Source of the DNA: Rhodospirillales bacterium
GTDB taxonomy: Bacteria > Pseudomonadota > Alphaproteobacteria > Rhodospirillales > Defluviicoccaceae
Direction of reading: 5' to 3'
Assembly: GCA_025458035.1 (NCBI GenBank)
Contig: JALOTH010000003.1
Span: 5,317 to 69,316 of the forward strand
DNA: 64,000 nt
The notes under the pieces are model-generated. The model saw only the letters and a program-made list of their open reading frames with translations. It had not been told where the DNA came from and did no database searches. Shown one piece after another: positions 18,553 through 26,916 of the stretch (the stretch's first letter is position 1; each line of letters opens with the position of its first letter). The position numbers and the translations under genes are program-made.

Positions 18553-18616
18553 CTTCGCCGTCCCCTTGGCTGCATGACCTGACCGCATCTTGATTTGTGT
18601 ATTGTCATCGGTCGAG

Positions 18617-18632
18617 CTACCAAATCTGGTAG
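18617..18632. promoter_or_regulatory. lux/las-type box (CT-N12-AG dyad): CTACCAAATCTGGTAG
   Basis: 6-bp perfect inverted arms with a 4-bp spacer. 12/16 identical to the P. aeruginosa las-box core CTGCCAGTTCTGGCAG. Its centre lies about 72 nt upstream of ATG 18552 (minus strand) and about 340 nt upstream of luxR. Confidence 0.45.
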
Positions 18633-18961
18633 GCTCGCGCCGACCCTCCACCGGTGCCGTGACACGGACGCACGCCCATCGGCGTTGCCGCCGCATGACC
18701 GGCGAATTGTCTTGTTTTTCCGCAAATTAGCCCATATGGGTAATTCGGGGACAGATGGCTGAGTGCCGCAATCGCCCGGGACGCGGGATCGCCCGGCGTT
18801 CCGCACTGGCGACGGGGTGGTGACAGTGGCCGCGGCTTCGGCGCGGGATCGCTGTGCGCGTGGCGCGGCGTGCCAGCGGCGGCGGTTCCGCCCGCGATTT
18901 CGAACACCCGGCCATCGGCTGGTCCCGCAACAGTCATCGCAAGCTCGGCGAGGCGACGCGC

Positions 18962-19693
18962 GTGCGGCTCTTTGATTTCATCGAGAAGTCCAACCAAGCG
19001 CAGTCGCCGGACGACGTCTTCGACCTGTTCCGCCAGGCGATGGCCGAATACGGCTATGACCGCATCGCCTTCGCCGCCACCACGCAACAGGCGCAGGCGA
19101 CCCTCGCGCGGCAGGACCTGAAGCCGGTGGTCGCGCTCAACTTCCCGACGGACTGGGTGCACCACTATTTCACCCACAACTATCAGGACATCGACCCGAT
19201 CATTCAGCTTTCCCCGCACACGCAGGCCGCGCTCGACTGGGAGCATCTGCTGAAGCACGGCCAACTGACCAGCAAGCAGGCGCGGTTGATGCTGGAAAGC
19301 CGCGAAGCCGGGCTGCACAACGGCATCAGCATCCCGATCCACGGGCCGCGCGGCGAAAGCTACGTGGCCAGCCTCGCCACCGAAACGCCGGCACGCGACG
19401 GGCCGCGGGACCTCAACGGCATCCAGCTCGCCGCCATCCAGTTCCACCTCGCCTATGCGCGGGTATCGGAACAGCACGGTGCCAAGGTCGAGCCGATCCG
19501 CCTGACCGACCGCGAACGCGAGTGCCTGACCTGGACGGCGCGCGGCAAGAGCGCCTGGGCGATCAGCATGATCCTCGGCGTCTCCGAACACACGGTCAAC
19601 TTCCACCTGAAAAGCGTCATGCGCAAGCTGAAGGCCGGCAACCGCATCCAGGCGGTGGCCCTCGCCGTCCGCCTTGGCCTCGTTACCCCGTAG
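18962..19693 (+). CDS. LuxR-family AHL-responsive transcriptional regulator
   Basis: Autoinducer-binding residues are present (DWVHHYFTHNYQDIDP, LDWEH, IHGPRGE). The C-terminal HTH reads LTDRERECLTWTARGKSAWAISMILGVSEHTVNFHL. Start chosen at GTG 18962 (GGCGAGG upstream); the open frame extends to GTG 18854. Confidence 0.85.
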   Translation: MRLFDFIEKSNQAQSPDDVFDLFRQAMAEYGYDRIAFAATTQQAQATLARQDLKPVVALNFPTDWVHHYFTHNYQDIDPIIQLSPHTQAALDWEHLLKHGQLTSKQARLMLESREAGLHNGISIPIHGPRGESYVASLATETPARDGPRDLNGIQLAAIQFHLAYARVSEQHGAKVEPIRLTDRERECLTWTARGKSAWAISMILGVSEHTVNFHLKSVMRKLKAGNRIQAVALAVRLGLVTP

Positions 19694-20189
19694 CGCCGGC
19701 AGGCGATCCCGTCAGACCGGCGGCGACGGCGGCGGCGATCAGGCTGGCGATGACGATGGCGCTGAGCAGCAGCCGCAGCCGCAGCCACCACGGCGGCACC
19801 AGACCCAAGCGATCGACCCAGCGGTCGACGAGAAGCTGCGACGCGAACGCCGCCGCCAGCAGCAGCAGGGCCGGCACCGGTGCGAGCAGCAGGGCGCCCC
19901 AGGCGACCAGCGACGGCACCACGCTCACCGCGAACAGCCGGCCGCTGTCCATCGCCAGCGGATCGCCGGCGGCGGCGGCGGTGGTCAGTCCCCAGATGGT
20001 GCCGCCGAGAAACGACAGGATGACCGCGCCGTAGGCGATCAGGATGGGAGCGGGCGCGCCGAGCGGCCATGGCCGTTCCGCCATCCCCATCACCACCGCA
20101 CCGGCGATGAACGGCAACGCACCGGCGACGCCGAGGGCGGCGGCCGCGAACGGCAGCCGTTTGCCAGAGCGGCTGGTCACCGGTCCCAC
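19683..20189 (-). CDS. DUF3429-like multi-pass membrane protein
   Basis: 168 aa with four to five hydrophobic helices. YGAVILSFLGGTIWG is characteristic of DUF3429. Its 3' end overlaps the luxR 3' end by 11 nt (convergent). Confidence 0.7.
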   Translation of the reverse strand: MGPVTSRSGKRLPFAAAALGVAGALPFIAGAVVMGMAERPWPLGAPAPILIAYGAVILSFLGGTIWGLTTAAAAGDPLAMDSGRLFAVSVVPSLVAWGALLLAPVPALLLLAAAFASQLLVDRWVDRLGLVPPWWLRLRLLLSAIVIASLIAAAVAAGLTGSPAGATG

Positions 20190-20204
20190 GCCGTCTCAGC
20201 GCGA

Positions 20205-20633
20205 TCAGAGCGAGATGTAGCGGCGCAGGGCGTCGACCTCCGCCTGAACCTCCTCGATCTGGCCTTTCACCACGTCGCCGATACTGATCAGGCCAAGGAG
20301 CCGCCCGCCCTCGACCACCGGCACATGGCGGAACCGCTGCGCCGTCATCATGCCCATGATCGCCGTCGCCGGATCGCGCGGCGAACAGGTGATCACCGGT
20401 GCGGTCATCAGCTCGCCCACCGTCCTCTCGAAGGCATCGCGCCCATACTGGTGCAGCGCCCGCACCAGGTCCCGTTCCGACAGGATGCCGACGATGGCCT
20501 TTTGCGCGTCGAGCACCAGCACGGCCCCGACGCGGTGCTCCACCATCAGGGCGAGGGCCGTTGCCAGCGAATCGCTAGCCGCGGCGGTGATGACCTCGTA
20601 GCCCTTGCTGCTGAGAATATCGGCAACGTGCAT
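20205..20633 (-). CDS. CBS-pair domain protein
   Basis: 142 aa with two CBS repeats (VGAVLVLD...GILSERDLVR; RHVPVVEGGRLLGLISIGDVVK). Confidence 0.88.
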   Translation of the reverse strand: MHVADILSSKGYEVITAAASDSLATALALMVEHRVGAVLVLDAQKAIVGILSERDLVRALHQYGRDAFERTVGELMTAPVITCSPRDPATAIMGMMTAQRFRHVPVVEGGRLLGLISIGDVVKGQIEEVQAEVDALRRYISL

Positions 20634-20659
20634 TGGTTCCTCCCTTGGCCGGCCCGTCG

Positions 20660-21802
20660 TTACAGCCCACGGACGGTTTCCTCGATGAGATCGTCGACCA
20701 CCGCGCAGAGCGCCTCGTGCCGGCTCCGTCCGGCGGCGACGGCAGTCTCAAAGGTGGCGAGTTGCCGGTGCGCACTGGTGCCGGCGCGCACGATGGTGCG
20801 GCACCGCGCCACCTCATCGACGCAATCGAGCGCCTGCGCATCGTCGCCAATGAGTTCGATTAGCTCGTCAAACAACTCGGCGCAAGCCACCACTTCGCCC
20901 TTGCCGAAGTCGACCAGCCCGGCATCGATGCCGTAGCGCTTGGCGCGCCAGCGATTTTCGTTGACGAGCAGGGAATCATACAGCCGCCAGCGCTGGTTGG
21001 CGCGGCGCAGTCGCACCAGCATGCGGCACACGCAGCGATAAAGAGCGGCGATGGTGACCGCGTCGTCGAGCAGCGGACAGACATCGGTGATGCGCATCTC
21101 CAGCGTCGGAAAACGCGCCGAGGGCCGGACGTCCCACCAGATCATGCTGGCGTCGGTGAACAGTCCGGCGCCGACGAGGACATCGACGTGCCGGCGGTAC
21201 TCGCCATAGGAATCGAAGCGGGAGGGCAGGCCGGTGCGCGGCAGTTCGTCGAAGACGCTGAGCCGGTAGCTTTTCAGTCCCGAGATCTCGCCGCGCCAGA
21301 AGGGCGATGAGGTGCTGAGCGCCAGCAGATGCGGCAGGAAGTAGCCCACCTGGTTCATCAGGTCGATGCGCAGCTCATCATCGTCGATGCCAAGATGCAC
21401 ATGCATGCCGCAGATCAACAGGCGACGCGCCGCCGCCTGCATGTCGCGGGCGAGGATGTGGTAGCGCTCCTTGTCGGTGTGCTTTTGCTCTTTCCACTCG
21501 GAAAACGGATGGGTGGATGCGGCGATGATGGCGAGGCCATAGCCGTCGGCGACCTCGGCCACCGTGCGCCGCAGCGCCGCCAGTTCGGCGCGGGCCTCGC
21601 GGATCGTCCGGCAGACGGGCGTGCCCACCTCGATCTGCGAGGTGAGGAACTCCGGGCGCACCAGCCCGGGCAGCCGCTGCTCGCAAGTCCGCAGCAGCTC
21701 CTGCGGCGGATCGACGGCGGTCGCCCGCGTGACCCGGTCGACCAGCAGATATTCCTCCTCGATGCCGATGGTCAGCGGCGGGTCGATCGGGCCGGACATC
21801 AC
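20660..21802 (-). CDS. ybdK: carboxylate-amine ligase, YbdK/GCS2 family
   Basis: 380 aa. LTIGIEEEYLLVD start, GMHVHLGI and WWDVRPS blocks typical of glutamate-cysteine ligase family 2. Confidence 0.88.
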   Translation of the reverse strand: MMSGPIDPPLTIGIEEEYLLVDRVTRATAVDPPQELLRTCEQRLPGLVRPEFLTSQIEVGTPVCRTIREARAELAALRRTVAEVADGYGLAIIAASTHPFSEWKEQKHTDKERYHILARDMQAAARRLLICGMHVHLGIDDDELRIDLMNQVGYFLPHLLALSTSSPFWRGEISGLKSYRLSVFDELPRTGLPSRFDSYGEYRRHVDVLVGAGLFTDASMIWWDVRPSARFPTLEMRITDVCPLLDDAVTIAALYRCVCRMLVRLRRANQRWRLYDSLLVNENRWRAKRYGIDAGLVDFGKGEVVACAELFDELIELIGDDAQALDCVDEVARCRTIVRAGTSAHRQLATFETAVAAGRSRHEALCAVVDDLIEETVRGL

Positions 21803-22115
21803 ACGGACATCACAATGGCGCGGCCCAGCCCGCCGCCGCGGTCACGGGAACCCACGCCAGCCGCGCCCGGCCGGCGCTGGCGTGCCGTGGCTTGCGGTAC
21901 GGCGGGCAATGGCAAACCGTCCGCTGAAGGCCCGTCCATGACATGCCGACGAGTATAGGCGATGCGCCGTGCCCGTCACAGCATCCGATTTCCGCCACGA
22001 TTTGCGCGTATTGGCTGTGCACAGGCAGGCGTTGCGGCCGGGGATCGGTTGAATTTGGCGCTGTGTTTTTGTATTGTCGGGCAAAAGCGTTCGCGGCGAG
22101 GGGGGATCAAAAACA

Positions 22116-24758
22116 ATGAAGATCAGGTTCATCGCGTTGAGCGCCATCATGGCACTCAGCCTGCTGATAACACACGGCGCTGCCGCCGACAGCCAGTCCT
22201 TTACCGCATTTGAGACGGGACAAGTCCGGCCGCTGGCGATATCGCCCGACGGGAGCCGGCTTTTTGCCACGAATACTCCCGATGGCCGCCTCGAAATCTT
22301 TGACATCACGCCAGCCGGATTAGCGCCGCTGGCGTCCGTCCCCGTTGGCATGGAGCCGGTCGCCGTCGCCGCCCGCAGCCGCGACGAGGTGTGGGTCGTC
22401 AACCATCTGTCCGACAGCGTCAGCATCGTGCGCAAGGTGGGCAGCGGCTTCGCGGTGATGCAAACGCTGTCCGTCGGCGATGAACCCAGCGACATCGTCC
22501 TGGCCGGCGCCCACCGTCACCTCGTCTTCGTGACGGCGGCGCGCCGCAATCTCAACGCCGCCGCGGGAACGCGCCTCGGCAAGGCCGATGTCTACGTTTT
22601 CAACGCGGACAATCCCGGCTCGGCGCTCGGCGGCACCCCGCTGACGGTCATCAACCTGTTCAGCGATACCCCGCGCGCGCTCGCCGTCAGCGCCGACGGG
22701 CTGACCGTCTATGCCGCCGCCTTCCACTCGGGCAACCGGACGACCACCATCGACCGCCGTCTCACCGGCAACCAGGTGCCGCCGCCGGGGGCAAACGCCG
22801 AAGGCGTGCCGGCACCATCCACCGGCTACGTCGTTCAGTTCGATGGCACCAAGTGGCGCGACGGCATCGGCCAGGATTGGACGTCGCGGCTTGGCGGCTT
22901 TTCCCTTCCCGATCTCGACGTTTTCAAGATCGATGCGGGAGCCGCAGCACCGCGCGTCACCGGCCGCTTCAGCGGCGTCGGCACCATCCTGTTCAACATG
23001 GCGGTCAATCCGGTGTCCGGCCGCCTCTATGTGACCAACACGGAGGCCCGCAACGTCGTCCGCTTCGAGGGGCACGGAAACCTCGGCGGCAGCACCGTGC
23101 GCGGCCACATCGCCGAAAACCGCATCACCGTCGTCGACGGCAGCCGCGTGCTGCCGCGCCATCTCAACAAGCACATCGATTACGACAGCTTCCGCAATGC
23201 CGCGGCGGAGAATGCCAAAAGCCTCGCCAGTCCGTTGGGCATGGCGATCACCGACGACGGCAGCACTCTTTATGTCGCCGCCTTCGGATCCAGCAAGATC
23301 GGGGTGTTGCGCACCGCCGAACTGGAGGCCGATACCTTCGCGCCCAGCGCGGACAGTCAGATCACCGTCAGTGGCGGCGGCCCCAGCGGCCTCGTCCTCG
23401 ACGAGGCGCGCAACCGGCTGTACGTGCTGACCCGGTTTGACAACGCCATCTCCACCATCGACCTCGCCAGCCGGCGGGAAGTCGCCCACGTCGCCCTGTA
23501 CAATCCCGAACCGCCTTCCCTCACCAACGGCCGGCGGTTCCTCTATGACGCCCGCTACACCTCGAGCCGCGGCGATTCGTCCTGCGCCAGCTGTCACGTT
23601 TTCGGCGACTTGGACAGCCTCGCCTGGGACCTCGGCGATCCGGACGCTCCGGTGGCGGCGAACCCCAACCCGATCGAGCCTGTGCTGTCCAACGTCAGCC
23701 CCGATTTTCACCCGATGAAGGGCCCGATGTTGACACAGAGCCTTCGCGGTCTGGCGACGCATGGCCCGATGCACTGGCGCGGGGACCGCACCGACGCCCG
23801 GGTCGATGGGAACGGGGCGGTGAGTGGCGATGCGATGGACGCGCGGGCGGCGTTCATGGCGTTCAACGTCGCGTTCGAAGGGCTGTTGGGGCGGGCGCAG
23901 CCGCTGACGGGGGCGGAGATGGCGGCGTTCACGGATTTCGCGCTGCAGCTCGCCTACCCACCCAACCCCATCCGTTCGATCGACGATAAGCTGACCGAGG
24001 CGCAAGCCCGTGGCCGCGATTACTTCCTCAGTCACCGTCAGAACTTACGCGGGGCGACGTGCAACGACTGTCACAAGCTCGATCCCGCCGCCGGGTTCTT
24101 TGGAACCGACGGCGTATCGGTGATGCTGCCCGACGCCCCGCAAGTGATGAAGGTCCCTCACCTGCGAAACCTCTATGCACGGGTCGCGGCGTCCGACGAT
24201 CTGGCACAGAAGAGGAGCCATCAGCTGCGCGGCTTCGGCTTTTCCCATGACGGCAGTTCCACGTCGCTGCTGCGCTTCCTGCGTGGCCGCGCCTTTGATT
24301 TCCCGAAGGGCGATCCGCAGCGGCTCGATGTCGTCGCGTTCCTGATGGCGTTCGACAGCGGCCTCGCCCCCGCCGTCGGACAGCAGGTGACGTTGGCGCC
24401 GGGGCCGGCGCAGGGCCTGGCCCTGGCCCGCGTCGCGCTGCTGTCCGAGCAGGCCAGCAGGAGCACCGACCCCGCCTGCGAACTCATCGTCAAGGGCACC
24501 GACAACGGCGAGCCGCGCGGCTGGCTGCGCCTCGCCAGCGGTGGTTTCCGCAGCGATCGCAGCGGCGAACCGATCTACCCGCTGAAACGGCTGATCGACA
24601 TTGCGATGGGCAGCGCGACGGTGCCCGCCAGCCCGCTGACCTTCACCTGCGTGCCGCCGGGGGCCGGGGTGCGCATGGGACTCGATCGCGACGAGGACGG
24701 CATCTTCGATCGCGACGAAATGGACGCCGGGCGCAATCCCGCCAACCCGGCGGGATGA
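22116..24758 (+). CDS. secreted beta-propeller (YVTN/YncE-like repeats) fused to a di-haem cytochrome c peroxidase/MauG-like domain
   Basis: ATG 22116 after GAGGGGGG. Signal peptide MKIRFIALSAIMALSLLITHGAAA. At least five S/A-x-DG-x-LYV/FA-type propeller repeats. Two CxxCH haem motifs (CASCH 23583-23597; CNDCH 24060-24074), 159 aa apart. KVPHLRNLY is typical of the CCP family. Confidence 0.75.
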   Translation: MKIRFIALSAIMALSLLITHGAAADSQSFTAFETGQVRPLAISPDGSRLFATNTPDGRLEIFDITPAGLAPLASVPVGMEPVAVAARSRDEVWVVNHLSDSVSIVRKVGSGFAVMQTLSVGDEPSDIVLAGAHRHLVFVTAARRNLNAAAGTRLGKADVYVFNADNPGSALGGTPLTVINLFSDTPRALAVSADGLTVYAAAFHSGNRTTTIDRRLTGNQVPPPGANAEGVPAPSTGYVVQFDGTKWRDGIGQDWTSRLGGFSLPDLDVFKIDAGAAAPRVTGRFSGVGTILFNMAVNPVSGRLYVTNTEARNVVRFEGHGNLGGSTVRGHIAENRITVVDGSRVLPRHLNKHIDYDSFRNAAAENAKSLASPLGMAITDDGSTLYVAAFGSSKIGVLRTAELEADTFAPSADSQITVSGGGPSGLVLDEARNRLYVLTRFDNAISTIDLASRREVAHVALYNPEPPSLTNGRRFLYDARYTSSRGDSSCASCHVFGDLDSLAWDLGDPDAPVAANPNPIEPVLSNVSPDFHPMKGPMLTQSLRGLATHGPMHWRGDRTDARVDGNGAVSGDAMDARAAFMAFNVAFEGLLGRAQPLTGAEMAAFTDFALQLAYPPNPIRSIDDKLTEAQARGRDYFLSHRQNLRGATCNDCHKLDPAAGFFGTDGVSVMLPDAPQVMKVPHLRNLYARVAASDDLAQKRSHQLRGFGFSHDGSSTSLLRFLRGRAFDFPKGDPQRLDVVAFLMAFDSGLAPAVGQQVTLAPGPAQGLALARVALLSEQASRSTDPACELIVKGTDNGEPRGWLRLASGGFRSDRSGEPIYPLKRLIDIAMGSATVPASPLTFTCVPPGAGVRMGLDRDEDGIFDRDEMDAGRNPANPAG

Positions 24759-24828
24759 CGCCGCCAGAATCCCAATGGCGGGGCGCGGGGTGGCCGCGGG
24801 GTGACCGCTGCCGCGCGGTGGCCGGCGA

Positions 24829-25653
24829 TCAGAAGTGTTCGACCCGGTGCAGGTTGGGCATCGCCATGACCTGCTCAAGGGCGGCACCCAGCAGGTCGGC
24901 CCAGCGGTCCAGTTCCGCCTCGCTCTCGCAATGGTCCTGGCGCACCTCGATGGCGGCATTGGCGAGGCCGGCGGAACCGGCATGCAGATTGAGGGTGTAG
25001 GCGATCTCGCGCCCCGAGTAGGGCTGATTGTCGCCGACATGATAGCCGCCGGCCCGGCGCAGCAGCTCGATCAGCGGCACCGCGAGGCGCGGATCGCGAT
25101 TCCATAGCACGCCCACGTCCCAGATCCGGTCCTCGCCGCCGAGGCTCGGCGTAAAGGTATGGATGGAGAAGAAAATCGGCGCTGGTCCGCGTCGCCGCAG
25201 ACGCGCAAACGCCGCATCGATGGCGTGGTGGTACGGCCAATGGATGGCTTCCGCCCGATCCTCCTGCGCCGCCGCCGTCAACCCGGCGTTGCCGGGGATG
25301 GCAATGCCGTCGGAGACGGCGACGATCGACTGCGGATCACCCGGCTGGCGGTTGACGTCGATGACGAGGCGGGAATAGCCGCACAGCACGGCGGTGGCGC
25401 CGAGGCGGGCGGCGAGCCGGCGCGCCAGGGCGGCGGCGCCGATATCGTAGGCGATGTGACGATCGAGCGCCGCCCCGTCGAGGCCGAGATCGCCGAGGGC
25501 GCGGGGAATCCGCCGCGACGCATGATCGCAGACGAGAAGGATCGGGGCGTCGCCGGCGGCGTTGACGATCTCGAACGGGGGCGGCTCGTCCGCCGCGAGC
25601 AATGGCGGCGGCGATGGCGATGGAGGGGGCAACGGCGATGGAAACGCGGTCAT
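24829..25653 (-). CDS. N-formylglutamate amidohydrolase family protein
   Basis: 274 aa. ILLVCDHASRRIP, SRLVIDVNR and FSIHTFTP blocks match the FGase family. Confidence 0.85.
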   Translation of the reverse strand: MTAFPSPLPPPSPSPPPLLAADEPPPFEIVNAAGDAPILLVCDHASRRIPRALGDLGLDGAALDRHIAYDIGAAALARRLAARLGATAVLCGYSRLVIDVNRQPGDPQSIVAVSDGIAIPGNAGLTAAAQEDRAEAIHWPYHHAIDAAFARLRRRGPAPIFFSIHTFTPSLGGEDRIWDVGVLWNRDPRLAVPLIELLRRAGGYHVGDNQPYSGREIAYTLNLHAGSAGLANAAIEVRQDHCESEAELDRWADLLGAALEQVMAMPNLHRVEHF

Positions 25654-25718
25654 CGGCGGCGGTGGAGGCCCTGGCGAAGGCGGTGGCGGCGGCCCACGAA
25701 TCCCGATATTAGCCGCCC

Positions 25719-26648
25719 ATGACAGTCTTGCGAAGCCCCGCCGGTACCGCCGATGAAGCGGCAGAGGCGGCGGCGCGGCGCCAGCGGCCGGCGCTCGCCG
25801 CGCTCCTCGCCGGCGCCGTCGGCATCGCGTTTGCGCCGATCTTCGTGCGCTTGAGCGAACTGGGGCCGGTGGCGACGGCCTTCTGGCGGCTCGCCCTGGC
25901 GCTGCCGGTGCTGTGGCTGTGGCAAGCCGCCGCCGCCCGCGCCGCGCCGCTCACCGCGCGTCCGCAAAGCCGCGGCGAGACGATCGGCCTGATCATCGCC
26001 GGGCTGTGTTTTGCCGGCGATCTCGCCGTCTGGCACTGGTCGCTGCGCTTCACATCGGTGGCCAACGCAACGCTGCTGCCAAACTTTGCCCCGGTGTTCG
26101 TCACCCTCGGCGGCTTCCTGCTGTTCGGCGAGCGCTTCACCCGCCGCTTCCTGCTCGGCATGCTGGTGGCGCTGGCCGGCGCCGCCATCCTGATGGGCCA
26201 CAGCGTCTCGCTCAGCCTCGCCAATCTGTTCGGCGACGCCTTGGGACTGATCACCGCGGTGTTCTACGCCGGCTACATCCTCGCCGTCGGCCGCCTGCGC
26301 ACGCGCCTGGCGACGGCGACGATCATGGCCTGGAGCGGCACCGTCACCTGCGGCGCGCTGCTCATCCTCGCCGCCGTGACCGAGGACCGGCTGCTGCCGA
26401 CGTCGGCGGATGGACTCGCCGTGCTGCTCGGCCTCGCCCTCGTCTCCCACGCCGCTGGCCAGAGCCTGATCGCCTATGCCCTCGCCCACCTGCCGGCGGC
26501 ATTTTCGGCGGTCAGCCTGCTGTTGCAGCCGGCGGTCGCGGCGCTGCTCGCCTGGGTCCTGCTGAACGAGCCACTCGGCCCGCTGCAGGGGCTGGGCGCC
26601 CTGGTGATCCTCGCCGGCATCGCCCTCGCCCGCCTCGGCAGCCGCTGA
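25719..26648 (+). CDS. DMT-superfamily (EamA) transporter
   Basis: 309 aa with ten hydrophobic segments and two EamA-like halves. Confidence 0.85.
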   Translation: MTVLRSPAGTADEAAEAAARRQRPALAALLAGAVGIAFAPIFVRLSELGPVATAFWRLALALPVLWLWQAAAARAAPLTARPQSRGETIGLIIAGLCFAGDLAVWHWSLRFTSVANATLLPNFAPVFVTLGGFLLFGERFTRRFLLGMLVALAGAAILMGHSVSLSLANLFGDALGLITAVFYAGYILAVGRLRTRLATATIMAWSGTVTCGALLILAAVTEDRLLPTSADGLAVLLGLALVSHAAGQSLIAYALAHLPAAFSAVSLLLQPAVAALLAWVLLNEPLGPLQGLGALVILAGIALARLGSR

Positions 26649-26916
26649 GGGCGCAAGCGAGATCCGTCACCTCTGAAGTTTGTTTCAAGTTGATGACCAA
26701 TCCAAAGCCAGTAGGTCGGTTATGACTGGCTTTAACAATTGTGTCTTTTAACGATAACTTTTCTTGTCACTGCCAATTCCGCCAACATTCCCGCAAATGC
26801 GACTGGGGATGCGGGAAATTTCGCTTTCATTGCGACCTCGGCGGGTGGGCGCGAGGCGCAACCCTTCCCATCGCGGACAGAGAGTGTGCGTTCGAACACT
26901 TTAAGGAGGGAGAGTT

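Noticed and set aside
18028-18582. 184-aa plus-strand ORF overlapping the intergenic quorum-sensing ORF, codon-aligned with it and with equally high GC3
   Set aside because: The product is P/R/G-rich with no structure-like segments and has no RBS. The minus frame has the G-rich first codon position and a helical-looking C-terminal domain. The call remains uncertain, so the minus ORF is reported with only 0.5 confidence.
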